Source: Sphyrna mokarran (Eukaryota). From it: a DNA stretch of 64,000 nucleotides. Positions 24,804-38,060 of the stretch are shown in pieces. The notes beneath the pieces were generated by a model. That model saw only the letters and a program-made list of their open reading frames with translations. It was not told the origin of the DNA and searched no databases. The first letter of the stretch is position 1, and each line of letters opens with the position of its first letter. Where the stretch lies: the NCBI GenBank assembly GCA_024679065.1, contig JAGIQG010000003.1:120342001-120406000 (forward strand), read 5' to 3'. The position numbers and the translations under genes were made by a program.

Positions 24804-24974
24804 ATTTTACCCTTGAAACGAAAGCTCCTGTATCAAGACAATGAAGAGTCTTTTTAAGCAATTTAATTCAAATATAAACCACAATGGTTATCGTTACATT
24901 GCAATGAATAACTAAAAACCTCCCATTTTGCAAAATTCAGCAATTTTTGAAAGCTAATTTCAGAGTACATTTTA

Positions 24975-27000
24975 AAAACATAAGAACTAGGAGCAGGAGT
25001 TGGTCATCTGGCCCCTTGAGCTCACTCCACCATTCAATAGGATCATGGCTAACCTTTTCGTGGACTTAGCTCCACTGATCCACTCGCTCATCCTTAATAC
25101 CTTTACTTTTCAAAAATATATTTATCTTTGCCTTAAAAACATTCAATAAGGTAGTTTCAACTGCTTCAATGGACAGGGAATTCCACAGATTGACAACCCT
25201 TTGGATGAAGAAGTTCTTCCTCAACTCAGTCCTAAATCTGTTCCCCCTTATTTTGAGGCCATGCTTCTTAGTTCTGGTTTCACCTGCCAATGGAAACAAC
25301 CTTCCTGCTTCTACCTTATCTATTCCTTTCATAATTTTATATGTTTCTACAAGATCTCCCCTCAATCTTCCGAATTCCAATGTATCACCCCAATCTATTC
25401 AGTCTCTTCTCATAAGCCAACCTTCTCAACTCCAGAATCAACCTAATGAATCTCCTCTGTATTCCCTCCAATGCCAGTATATCCTTTCTCAAGTAAGGAC
25501 ACCAAAACTGTACACAGTACTCCAGGTGCGGTCTTACTAACACTTTATACAGCTGCAACATAACATCCCCTGTTTTTAAATACCGTCCCTCTAGTGATGA
25601 AGGACAAAATTCCATGTGCCAACTTAATTACCCCCGTTGCAGTTTCTAAGTCCTCATCTGCCATAGCTTTCTGGTCATCAATTTTTGGGGTGTCATTTGT
25701 GTCTTCCAATGTGAAGACCAACACAAAATCTGTTCAATGCTTCAGACATTTTCTCATTTCCCAATGTTTATCTTTTTCATTTTATGTATTTGTAGAAACT
25801 TTTGCTGTTTTCATATTCTGAATTAGTTTACTCCTATAACTGATCTCACTTTTCATTATAACTTGTTTCATGGCTTTCTGGTGACCTTTAAAAATTTCCC
25901 AATTTTTCAATTTCCCAATAATCTTGGCCACTTTGTATACATTTTTTTTCAATTTGACACCCTCCTTTATTTCCTTAGATATCCATGTCTGATTATCTAT
26001 TTTTCTACAGTCCTTCCTTATCACTGGTATATACTTTTGCCGAGAACCGTGAAAAATCGCTTTTAAAGTCTTCCACTGATCCTCAATTGTCCTATCATAA
26101 AGTTTTTGATCACCATCTACCTCAGCCAACTCCTCCCTCATCCCACTATAGTCCCCTTTATTTAAGCACAAGATACTGGGATTGGATTTTACTTTCTCAC
26201 ACTCCATTTGTACTTTAAATTCAACCATACTGTGATCACTTCTTCCAAGAGGATCCTTAACTGTGAAATCATTAATTATTCCTTTCTCATTACACAGGAC
26301 CAGATCTAGAATAGGTTGCTCCCTTATAGGTTCCATTACTTACTGTTCAAAGAAACTATTGCAGATACATTCTATGACCTTCTCCTCATGGTTGCCTTGA
26401 CTGACTTGGTTTTATCAACCAAGATGTAGATTAAAATCCTCCATGATAATGGTCACACCATTTTTACATGCATTAGTTATATCTTTGTTTATTTCTTGCC
26501 CCACCATCATGTTATTATTTGGTGGCCTAAAAACTACGCCTATCAGTGACATTTTTTCCTCATTATTTCTAGTTTCCACCCAAATAGATTCAATGCTTTT
26601 CTCCATAGAACCTATATCATCTGTCAGTATTGTCTTGATGTCATCCTTAAATATCAGAGCTACACCACCTCCCTTGCCTTCCTGTCTGTCCCTCCAAATA
26701 GTCTGATACCCCTGGATACTTAACTCCCGGTCGTGCCCACCCTGCAATCATGTCTCTGTAATGGTCACTCTGCCAGCTCCCACACCATACAGCTACAGCA
26801 CATCACCTATCTAGTCATCTTCTCTCAGTTGATTAATTTATTAATTAATTTTACACTGTTCTTCTTCAAATTTAGCACAGGTTTCCTACCAGCTGATCAG
26901 ATCACAGCTTTCCTGTGAAATCGCTTCTCAGGTTTTTTTTCTATAAGTTAGTTTTATACTCACTTATTTGCAGCTGACTTGTGCATGACCAATCCATCTT
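24975..27000 (-). mobile_element. Degenerate, internally deleted CR1 LINE (APE endonuclease, RT C-terminus, 3' tail)
   Basis: ORF fragments WRDRQEGKGGGVAL, LDLVLCNE..GRSDH, LVRPHLEYCVQFW, RLRGDLVETYKI. Confidence 0.9.
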
Positions 27001-27379
27001 TCTGCATTGCTTCTTAATGGAGATACTTTTCAAAACTGAATTGCATCAGATTTTAATAACTAATTATGTTATTTTACATTGGATACATACAGGATTAATG
27101 AGGAAGAATGGGCAGCAACTGGTACGAGAGTGGAAAGACCTGATGGGATATATCAGCAATGAAATTGTGAGTGTTTTTTCTCTGTAAGAGCTCTTTGTTT
27201 TACTCAAGACACTTCAAGAAGTTCTCTTTCAAATACTTATTCACTTTACTTGATAAGACTGTTATAGACTTATTTTCATCATTGTTTCTTTGTCTACTTA
27301 ATGACCTAGAAATCCCCTTCATAAAAAAAATTAACCTAAATGCCCTCTATTCTTACCAAAATGCAAGACTTTAAAAAAT

Positions 27380-27770
27380 GTGACCTTCAGTTATTGATTC
27401 ATCAGCAACTGGAAGCAGTTTACTTTTTTCAATTCCTTCATGGTTTGAATCCCTTGATCAGATCTCAATCTCCTCTGCTCCAATGAGAATCCCAAATTCT
27501 GTCGTCTTTCCTCAGAACTACAACTTCTCACCTCTGGTAGCATCTTCATGAATATCTTCTGTACTCTCTCCAAGACCTTGACCTCCTTCCTAAAATGGGT
27601 TCTCCCAGTCTAAACAAAATATTTTAACTGCAGTCTAATCAATGATATGTATATCTTTAGCTTTTAGTTTTGTACTAAGTGCACCATTTATAAAAAAAAT
27701 ACATATTTTTACCCCTCTGTAATCAACTTGTCCACCCATTTTTAAGATTCTTATATCTAAACACTCAAGC
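27380..27770 (-). mobile_element. Old CR1 RT C-terminal fragment
   Basis: ERVQKIFMKMLP..FSLEQRRLRSD. Confidence 0.7.
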
Positions 27771-28259
27771 TTTCTGGTTTCTTTCCATTTTTTTAAAAAT
27801 TAATTTGTGGGATGTAGGTGACGCTGGCTGGCTAACATTTATTGCCCATCCCTAGCTGCCCAAGGGCAATTGAAAGTCAACCACCTTGCTGTGGCTCTAG
27901 GGTCACATGTAGGCCAAACTGGGTAAGGACAGCAGATTTCCTTCCCTAAAGGAGAGTACTGAGCCAGATGGGTTTTTCCAACAATTGATAATGGTTTCAC
28001 GGTCATCAGTAGATTCTTAATTCCAAATTTTTTTTTTATTGAATTCAAATTCCAACATCTGCCATGGCAGGATTGAAACCCCAGAACATTAGCTGAATTT
28101 TTGGATTAATAATCTAGGGATAATACCACCGGACCATCATCTCCTTATAAAAAAAGCTTTTAAAGATTTACCATTTACCATCTTCTATCCTTATTTTTCC
28201 TCCTAAAATGTGTCACCTCATATTTTTCTGCATTAATTATAATCTGATATCTAAGGATC

Positions 28260-29110
28260 AGTAACTTTGCAGATGACACCAAAGTAAGTGGTATTGTAGA
28301 CAGTGAGGAAGGTTATCAAAAATTATAGCAGGATTTTGATTAGCTGAGGAAGCGAGCCGAGAAATGGCAAATGGAGTTTAATACATGTAAGTGTGAGGTG
28401 TTGCATTTTGGAAAGTCAAGTCAAGGTCAGACTTTCACGGTGAATGGTAGAATATTGGGGAATATCATGCAACAGAGGGACCTTGGAGTTCAAGTGTATC
28501 ATTCTCTAAAGGTGGAGTCACAGGTAGATAAGGCAGTGAAGAAGACTTTTGACAGGCTGGGCTTCATCAGTCAGGGCATTGAGTATAGAAGTTATGTTGG
28601 TGAGTTTTGGTTGCCTTTTTGGAGAGAATGCAGGAAAGAGTGACAAGGATGTTGCCAGGACTCAAGGAACTGAGTTAAAGGGAGAGTTTGGGCAGGCTGG
28701 GACCTTTATCTTTGAAGCGTAGAAGACTGAAGGGTTATCTTATAGAGATATATAAGATCATGAGAGGCATCAATAGGGTGAATGCACTCAGTCTTTTTCT
28801 CGGGGTTGGGGAATCGAGAACTAGAGGGCATAGGTTTAAGAGGGGAAAGAATTAATGGGAATCTGAGGAGAAACTTTTTTATGCAGAAGGTGGTACATAT
28901 GAGCTGCCGCAGGAAATGGTTCAGGGACGGACGTTGACAACATTTAAAAGGCATTTGGCATTTCGACAGATACATGTATAGGAAAGGTTTAGAGGGATAT
29001 AGGCCAAATGCAGGAAAATGGGGTTTGTTTAGAAGGGCATTTTGGTCAGCATGGACCAGTTTGGGCTGAAGAGCCTGTCTCTGTGCTGCAGATTTTATGA
29101 GATTCTATGA
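28260..29110 (+). mobile_element. Degenerate CR1 RT 3' fragment
   Basis: FADDTK, WQMEFNTCKCEVLHFG, tail ending gattctatga. Confidence 0.88.
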
Positions 29111-30213
29111 GAATAAGGAAGCATTTGGTTTTAACTGAGTCTTTGAGATCTTTGTATTGAATGAGGAATCAAGTCAAGGTTCCTCTCTTTTAAACAATTG
29201 CGGTACAATTCATACTTTGTACTCTGCTTTGGTCTTGAAGCTTTGTGCAAGACTGTTACACTTCAAAGTAATATCTGGCTTCATAAAATATGTAATCGTA
29301 TTGGGAGTTCTGTTAAGCAGTAGCAGGGATGTGTTGTCAACAGAGCTCTCAGCAATAGTCTATAAATGGTCAGTGTCTTTCCAGAAAAGTCACAGGAAAT
29401 ATTTTGATTTCTGATTGGCAGTCTATAATGTTAGTCATTGTAAATCATGTTATATTGATTAAAATTGTTTGAAAATCTCCATTAATAATAATGCATTATA
29501 GTCTTTGCCTATAACTATCACTGGAACGTTATTGCTTTGCATTGGATATACGACACGCAGAGAAACCATTCAGACTAACCAGACTATAAAATCATAGAGG
29601 CATACAGAGTAGAAAAGGCCTTTCAGCCCATTGAGTCTGCATTAAAGGTGCACCAATCTCATTTTCCTACACTTGTCCCATATGCTTGAATGTTATGATA
29701 TTTCAAGTGCTCTTTCAACATGCTAGACTTTTTGCTCCACTTAAGACTCCTTCTATCTCTTCCCATCCAAATCTACCATTGTAATTTTCTCCCTTGACCG
29801 GGCACTTTTCCCTTAAATGCCTCTTTACTATTCAGTTCAACCACTCTCTGGTTCAGGTTTGAAAACTGCTGAAATAGAAATTCAGCAGCTGAAATAGAAA
29901 TTTGATTGAAACCAGGCAGCCTTCTGAGAGAGAACAACTAACTTCAGAGAAAAATAGTCCATTGATGAAGTCTCCTGAAGCTTCATTATCCTTTTAAAAT
30001 CTGATAACTCTAACAGGATATCAGTTGCCCTTTCCACCAGCATTCAAAGATTGTTTAAAGGACACGTCAACAGTCAAGGTTACTAACTGCATTCTGAATG
30101 AGCTGATCATTGAATCCTTTGACTACCAAAGCAAAAGCAATTTTCTTAAGGTTTCAGACAGTTCATTATAATATGTAACATCTAAAGAGAAAGAGCCAAA
30201 GGGATTTTTCATT

Positions 30214-30590
30214 TTATTATTAGTGACACAAGTAGGCTTGCATTAACACTGCAATGAAGTTACTGTGAAAATCCCCTAGTAGCCATACTCAGACACCTGT
30301 TCGGGTACACTGAGGGAGAATTTAGCATGGCCAATGCACTCAACTAGCACGTCTTTCAGACTGTGTGGGAGGAAACTGGAGCACCCAGAAGAAACCCATG
30401 CAGACACAGGGAGACCATGCAAACTACACACATCTTTCAGATTGTAGGAGAAAACCGGAGCATCTGGAAGAAGCCCATGCAGACAATGGAAAGAACATGC
30501 AGAATCTGCACAGACAGTTACCCAAGCTGGGAATCGAACCCAGGTCCCTGGCACTGTGAAGTAGCAGCGTTAACCACTGTGCTGCCCGCA
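30214..30590 (-). mobile_element. V-SINE, alternative tail, with a duplicated central core
   Basis: Core block present twice (about 30350-30430 and 30431-30515). Confidence 0.85.
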
Positions 30591-31552
30591 GCTTAGATTA
30601 GGTTAGACCTTAAGAAAGCAGCTTAGTAACCTGGCACTAAGCATCTCGCACAGAAAAAAAAATCAATTTTAGGTATCCTGCTCTTTCAAATGTTATGTTT
30701 CCCACACCTTGATTATATCAAAGAAAGAAATTCATTAGAAACTTTAAATAAAGATTCCACATAAAAAACTTGTGATGTAGTTCAGTGGCCATGGAGTCAG
30801 ACTGCAGTAAGGCTTGAAACATGGCTACAAAATAAAGCAAAGCATAAAGGGTGAAAGTTAAGGAAAGTTTCTCATAATTGTTGGAAACAGGAAGCGTTGT
30901 CCCCGCAGATCTGTATTAGGATCACCAGTGTCCACCATAAACATAAATCATTTGGGCTGAGGAATTGGAGGCATATGTGAAACTTTGTGAATGATACCAA
31001 TTTGGGAAATGTAGCATTTGAGGAATGTACATGTTTTGCAGAGTGGGCAGATAAATAACAAATAAATTTAATGGAGGACGTAGGGTTTTGGTCAGACAAA
31101 AATGGATCCTTCTTCTTAGAAAACAAGTAACTAACTGGAGCAAAGAGATCTCAGAACGCAGAGACAGAAACTGCAAACAGTAGGAGCAAATGTTCACACA
31201 GTCAACTCAGAAAAAGAGAAAACTAAGGACAGGCTATAAAATGACATGAAGATACAACAGCAATTTACTTACATTTCTTTCATTTTAATATACTCTAGTT
31301 GCTGTTCTTAATGCTGCCACATCTGCACTGGGGAAGCCAAACAGAGTTTGGGTGATCACTCCACGCTCCTGTTCAGTCTGTCGGCATGCCCACGAGCTTG
31401 TGGTCATTTTAATTCTCCATTCCCTCACACAATGACCTGGACTCCTACGATCTACCGATGAATCGCTACAGAAGCTCAAGAGGCAGCATAATTGTTTGAT
31501 TATTGGGAATGACTCTTCTGCAGATCCATATTTTGTCTCTTTACTAGTCCAC

Positions 31553-31818
31553 CAGGGACCTGGGTTCAAGTGCGTTCTCAGGTGACTGTGTGGAGTTGGT
31601 GCATTTTCCCCTATGTCTGTGTGGGTTTCCTCCAGTGTTCCGGTTCCTCCCACAGTTCAAGGATATGTTGGTTAGGTTGATTGGCCATGTTAAATTGCCC
31701 CTTAGTGTCAAGAGACTAGCAGGTTAAATACATGGGGTTACAGGAATAGGGTGGGATTGTTGTCAGTGCAGGTTTGATGGGCTGAATGGCCTCCTTCTGC
31801 ACTGTGGGGATTCTATGA
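31553..31818 (+). mobile_element. V-SINE, CR1-type tail
   Basis: B box, core and tail. Confidence 0.8.
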
Positions 31819-33314
31819 TGCTATTATCATTTAATGTTTCATTGCACCATCATCCCTTTAGCCATTTAATGTCCCTTACTTTCCATCTTATGACAGATAT
31901 ATTATTCTTTCCTCCTCTCCCTCTGTACTTGCTGCCTCTGCATTTCTCACTTTTTCAGGTTATGATGGAAGTTCACCAATCTCACACTTTGGGTAGGATT
32001 TCACAACCTCATTTGTCCTGAAACTGTAAAATCCTGCCCGAGGTCAACGGCCCTTCTCATGGTCCGTACCTCACCTGTGGTGGCCAGGACAGTAAAATTC
32101 CAGCCATAAACTTTGCTTCGCACTCCACAGCTCTGACATACTGTCTATACACAGTAAGAAGTCTGACAACACCAGGTGCTGCGTATTTACAGCACTTTCT
32201 GTTTTTATTCAGCCGCTGCAGAAACTTGCTTGTGTAAATTACAAAGGGTAGACATTGAGAAACTGCTTTCACTTTTGGCGACTTTTGATAGGGGCAGTAG
32301 CCATAAGACATTCACCAATAGAAGGAATGAAAAACTTGGGTTCTTATTTATAATGTGGGCTAAGAATGTGGAACTTGCTGCCACATGGATTGAAGCAAGA
32401 GAGAATCATTTAAAGAAGGCTTGATCTATGCACAAGGGGGATGGAAATAAAGAAAGTTGGTGAAGGATAGGAATAGGTAATTAGACTGGGAAATGGTTCA
32501 TGTGGAGAATATACACCAGTACAGACTAGTTGAGCAGCATTGCCAGTTTGTACACTGTAGGATTCTGTGTAGACTGATAGAATCAGTGAATACCTACAGT
32601 GCAGAAAGAGGCCATTCAGCCCATTGAGCCTACAGTGACAACAATCCTATCCAGGCACTATCCCCATAGCCCCACATATATACCCTACTAATCCTCCTGA
32701 CATTCCCCTAACACTAAGGAGAAATTTAGCATGGCCAAGCAACCTAACCCACACATTTTAGAGTGTAATTCTCTTTGATGAATGATTTCTTCAAAGAAAT
32801 TCAGTTGGGATGAAATGACTGCCTGGACTTTCCAACAGTAATGATGATGAAACTGTCAGTGTTTGTGATGATTACTACCAGTGAAAGTGACAGCAATTTC
32901 AGGAGTCCATTCATGTGCAGAATAACACAATATCCAGAAGTTGCTGTCATTGTGCTGAAGCTTCTCTGGATGATAAATGGCTGAAGAACTCTTAAACTGC
33001 AACCATGGAAATAAATGAACTGCCAAGAATATCCATTCTTTTAACTCCTCATAAAAACTGTTTAAAACATGTAGTTAGGTTTACAACACCATTCTCACTT
33101 TTTCATTACTGCTGAACACCCTCATTGGCACTAAAAATCCTATTTCACAATTGTGGAAAGTCAAATTTTCCACAACAGTTAAAGATTTTAAAAATATTTT
33201 TCACAAGGGTTGCCTTTATTTTATATCTTCATTTAACATACATCTTAATCCCTATAATAGTCATTTATTTTACTTGCTAAAAATTGAAGGATATCAATTG
33301 CTTTTAGTCACCTT

Positions 33315-33530
33315 TGATTTTGATTAGATTTGATTTATCACATGTATTGGTAAACAGTGAAAAGTATTGTTTCTGGCAACTATACAGACCGTTCATAGAG
33401 TGCATAGGGGCGAAGGAAGGGAGAGGGTGCAGAATGTAGTGTTACAGTCATAGCTAGTGTGTAGAGGAAGGTCAACTTAATATAACGGAGGTCCATCCTG
33501 CAGCTGGGAAGGAGCTGTTCTTGAGTCGGC
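33315..33530 (-). mobile_element. Rex1/Babar-like LINE 3' end
   Basis: RLKNSSFPAA peptide on the minus strand; tail tacatgtgataaatcaaatctaatcaaaatcaaa. Confidence 0.6.
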
Positions 33531-34299
33531 ATTTCTGGTATCTCTTGGCACCAGATATAAATGGTAATCTGGAAAAACAACACCACAGAGATCACTCAGG
33601 GCAGAATTATTCCCATAATTGGTCAGAGTGCCAGCTTGACAGAAACTTGGCGATTTTGCATCAGGGTTTGTTCCTGGCAGTTTCCCCCTCGTTTGAATCT
33701 CATTATTCTGAAGCTGTTATAAACCTCGCCAATGTGACACCATGTCAGCGAGATCTGAATCATATTCAGTGAGGGGATCATGTAATGGGAAGGCCTGTTA
33801 AATAATATTAAAATTTATTAAAATGCATGTAAATGAGGTTCCTGCCCTCTTAGGTCTTTGTTGGTTGTTTTGTTTGAGGTCAGTGCCATCACTTCATCAT
33901 TGGCTGCAAAACCTAGGCCAAACTTTTCGTATTCCTTATAAAAAGTAGAGCAATAGCTGCCAGTTCTTTTTGATGATAGGTATAATGAAATTGATAGCAA
34001 AATAAGGAGATTAGCCAAGGTCATTATCATTGTTTCAACAAGAAATGACAAATTGTTAACAACGTAAAAAGAATGGTTAAAAAAAGCTTCAAGTTGAAGG
34101 AAAAGGCTTGCACAAATGTAATAAAAGTGGAAATCTGGCAGATTGGGATAATTATTGGGATAAAGTTTACAAAGCAAGTAAAAAGGATGCAACAAAAAAA
34201 CATGAATATAACTTGGAAAACTGTCAAAGTTGACAGTGTAAGTTTTTATAAATAACTTAAGAAAAAGTGCCGTAAATATTCATGGAAAGCAGATCTTGA

Positions 34300-35028
34300 A
34301 TCTGTATAGTACAGAAATAGGCCATTCAGCCCACTGAGCCTGTACCAATAACAATCTCACCCAGGTTCATAAAACATAGAACATTACAGCGCAAACAGGC
34401 CCTTCGGCCTTCGATGTTGCGCCGATCAATTTAGAAAAAGCAATGATCTTCTAACCTAAACCATTCCCTTTTCATCCATAAACTTATCTACTAACCTCTT
34501 AAATGCCACCAAACTTGGCGCATCTACAACTGCAGCAGGCAGGGCATTCCATATCCTTACCACCCTCTGGGTAAAGAACCTACCTCTGACATCCGTCCTA
34601 TAACTACCACCCCTTAATTTAAAGCTATGTCCCCTCGTGCTAGCTTTCTCCATCCTAGGAAAAAGGCTATCACTGTCCACCCTATCTAAACCTCTAATCA
34701 TCTTATATGTTTCAATAAGGTCTCCTCTTAGCCGCCTTCTTTCTAACGAAAACAACCTCAAATCCCTCAACCTCTATAGGGTTCTATCCCTATAATATCA
34801 TACAGTCATCCTGCTAATCTCTCTGTCACTCAAAACCAATTTAGCATGGCTACTCCAGCCAACTCCCACATCTTTGGACTGTGGGAAGAAACTGGAGTAT
34901 GCAGAAGAAGCCCACGCAGACACAGGGGGAACATGCAGACTCCACACAAACAGTGGAGCCAAGACCGGAATTGAACCCGGGTCCCTGGCACTATGAGGCA
35001 GCAGTGCTAACCACTGTGCCACCGTGTC
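34300..35028 (-). mobile_element. V-SINE split by the young CR1 insertion
   Basis: Tail at 34300-34368; body and head at 34780-35028. Confidence 0.85.
34369..34774 (-). mobile_element. 3' end of the same young CR1 family, inserted into a V-SINE
   Basis: Peptide almost identical to the C-terminus of ORF 16731-17747; ggttc duplicated at 34364-34368 and 34780-34784. Confidence 0.92.
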
Positions 35029-35592
35029 ACCCAGACATAGGTGAGACTATAACAGATAATAAGGTACATGCAAATTAATAGTTTGCATCCAAGTTCGCAG
35101 TGCAAAACACAAAATACCAGCAGTAGAAAAGGTGATGAACTGAGAAAATATAACACATGCAAAGAATGTTATTGGAGAACACGAGTCTTAAGGTAAACAA
35201 ATCTGTGGGAGCTGTTGGCTTCCACCCACAAGTGTTAAAAGAAACAAGATGAAAAATTGCAGGTTCTTTTGCCATAACTTTCCAACGGTCTTTAAATTCA
35301 GTAATTGTGTGATACGATTGCAAAGTCTTAACTATCACATCAATATTTAAGATGGTTGGTGAGGGAGACTTGAGGGGAGGAAAAGAGAAATGGATTAATG
35401 AGAGATCTCTCAGGTATGGAAACAATACCAGAATATATTATCAAGAATAGGGGTCCCACTTTTATCTTGGAATGCTCATTTTGTGGTGAGAAAGCTTGGA
35501 AGGATAGGTTTCCTTCAGATTGTGCTGAATTTAATGGCAGGCCCTGATTATCATTTTTACCACCAAATCCTGGCTGCAGCAGGAGAGAATAA

Positions 35593-36321
35593 TCATAGAA
35601 TCTCAGAACTCCTACCATGCAAAAGGAGACCATTCAGCCCATTGAGTTTTTACTGACCTTCCGACAGAACATCCTATCCAGGATCACATCCCTGTAACTC
35701 CACACATTTATCTCACTAATCGCCTAGCTTACACATCTTGAGACATCAAACAGCAATTTAGTATGGCCGATCTATCTAACCTCCAAATCTTTGGAGCGTG
35801 GGAGGAAACCGGAAAACCCAGAGGAAATCCATACAGACATGGGGAGAATGTGCAAACTCCACACAGACAGCCACCCAAGGCTGAAATCAAACCTGGGTCC
35901 CTGGCATTGTGAGATAGCAGTGTTAACCGCTATGCCACAGTACCTCATTGAGCAGAGGGAAGGGAGGGATCGGGAAGGGGAGAAGGGGTATGGGGAAGAA
36001 TAGGGGTGAATATTAAGATGATTCATAGAATCCTACAATGCAGAAAGAGGCCATTTAGCCTATTGAATCTCCATCGACCACAATCTCACCCAGCCACATC
36101 CCCACATTTACCTCAGCCAGTCCCCCTGACACTGAGGTGCAATTTAACATGGCCAATACACTGAACCCACACATATTTGAAGCATGGAAGGAAACCGGAG
36201 AACCCAGAGGAAACTCACACAAACATAGGCAGAATGTGCAAATTCCACATAGTGGCCCATGCTGGGAATCAAACTCGGGTCCCTGGCACTGTGAGGCATC
36301 AGTGCTAAGCACTGTGCCACC
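35593..36321 (-). mobile_element. Two adjacent V-SINE copies (about 35593-35942 and 36023-36321)
   Basis: Two complete head-core-tail units. Confidence 0.82.
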
Positions 36322-36849
36322 CTAGATCCAAATCCATATGTTTGTGAGAGGTTAGAGAAAGGTTCGATGTTGGGAAAAGATCAAGACTCTGAGTATAGGA
36401 GTGGGAAGATTGGTGAGGTCAGAGGATAAGGGGTGGGTCCAAATACGGTTGTTTGGAGAAGCAGTGAAGCTGGATCCAGTAGGTAAGTGAAATAGCATTT
36501 ACAACGCATGGATGTAGCAGTCCTCACACCTCACTTTAGCTGGAGGGTTTCCTGAGCCGTAGGCCCAGGTTAAATTTAAACAGTGGATAAGTCTGAAGCT
36601 GGCAGCATCATTGTAATACAATAACTGACCAATCTGCTTCCTATAAGTGGACTGTTTGCCAATAGCCTCACACACCTCCATTCAAACTGAAACTAAGCAG
36701 GTTGGAATTGGCTTTCAGATTTTAAACCTTTGTACATCCTACTCAATCCAAATCCATGTGTTTGTGAGGGGTTCAAACTATCTCCCAGAGTGATTAAGCA
36801 TTTGAATAAGTTGGAGGTGATTAGAGTCCTGGCCTAGTGAAGAGTAGCT

Positions 36850-38060
36850 CATATCTGACTAACCTTTGGAGGAGGTCATTAACAAAGTGCAGGGGAGAGT
36901 TTCCACAGTTGTTGTCCATATAGATTGTCAAGACGCAATTGATAACATTCTCTGTAAGAAGTTATTAGCAAAAAGGAGAGCAGATGAAACTAGGATAAGC
37001 TTGTGACATGGACTGGTAATTGGTTGCAAGTTAAGAAGGTAGAAGTTAAGGTTAAAGGAAACATACTCACATTGGTAAAATGTCACAAGTGGTATCCTTC
37101 AGTGTTCTGGGACCTCAGCCTTTCGCCAGTTATATCACAGTTTGGATGAAAGAATGGAGAGCTAAGCACCCAAGTTGGCAGATGGCATGTGGGAGTAACA
37201 GTGAGTTTGTTGAGAGGACCAAAAAGTTACAAAGAGACAGAGGCCAAAGAAATGGATGGTTAAGACTGTGTGAGATGGAATTCCATATATGGGAATATGA
37301 GGTAATCCAGTCTAGAGGGAAGGACTTGAAACTTGTTGGTTATCAAAGTAATTTAGGTATCCAGGCACCAACAAATCATCAGAAAGGCCAATGCAATATG
37401 ATCTGACGAGACTTGGGAGTACAAAGGAGGGGGAAGTCACATACAGTTTTGATCAATCCCATCTGGAAATTCCGGGGTCAGTCCTTGGAAGTGCACCTGA
37501 GGAAAGGTATTTTGACTATGGAAGGAATATAGTGCCAATTTATCAGAATTCTATCAAGGGATCCGGGTTGGAAGGCGAGATCAGGTCCTATCAAAATGAA
37601 TGGTGGAGCAGGCTTGAAGGGTTGAAATGACTCCTGCCTGCTTCTACTCTTTATGTTTCTATAGTGGGGGCTTAAAAGATTAAATTATCAGGAGGGTTGC
37701 ATAAGATTGGGCTGTACTCATAGAACATAGAACACTACAGCACAGAACAGGCCCTTCGGCCTTCGATGTTGCGCCGACCAATATAAAAAGCAATGCCCCT
37801 CCAAACTAAACCATTCCCTTCTCTTCCATATACTTATCAACTAACCCTTAAACGCCACCAAACTTGGTGCATCTACAACTGCTGCAGGCAGGGCATTCCA
37901 CTCCCGAACCACCCTTTGGGTAAAGAACCTACCTCTGACATCCGTCCTATAACTATCACCCCTTAATTTAAAGCTGTGTCCCCTCGTGCTAGCTTTCTCT
38001 ATCCTAGGAAAAAGGCTATCACTGTCCACCCTGTACTCCCTTGAGCTTAGAAGGTTCTGA
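36850..38060 (+). mobile_element. Old CR1 RT relic hosting the young CR1 insertion
   Basis: Degenerate SGI..SVLGP, MEF...EVI and GLYSLE.RR motifs. Confidence 0.65.
37720..38030 (-). mobile_element. 3' end of the same young CR1 family, nested antisense in an older CR1; 8-bp TSD
   Basis: TSD ctgtactc at 37712-37719 and 38031-38038; DSDSLFPR.EKASTRGHSFKLRGDSYRTD peptide. Confidence 0.92.
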
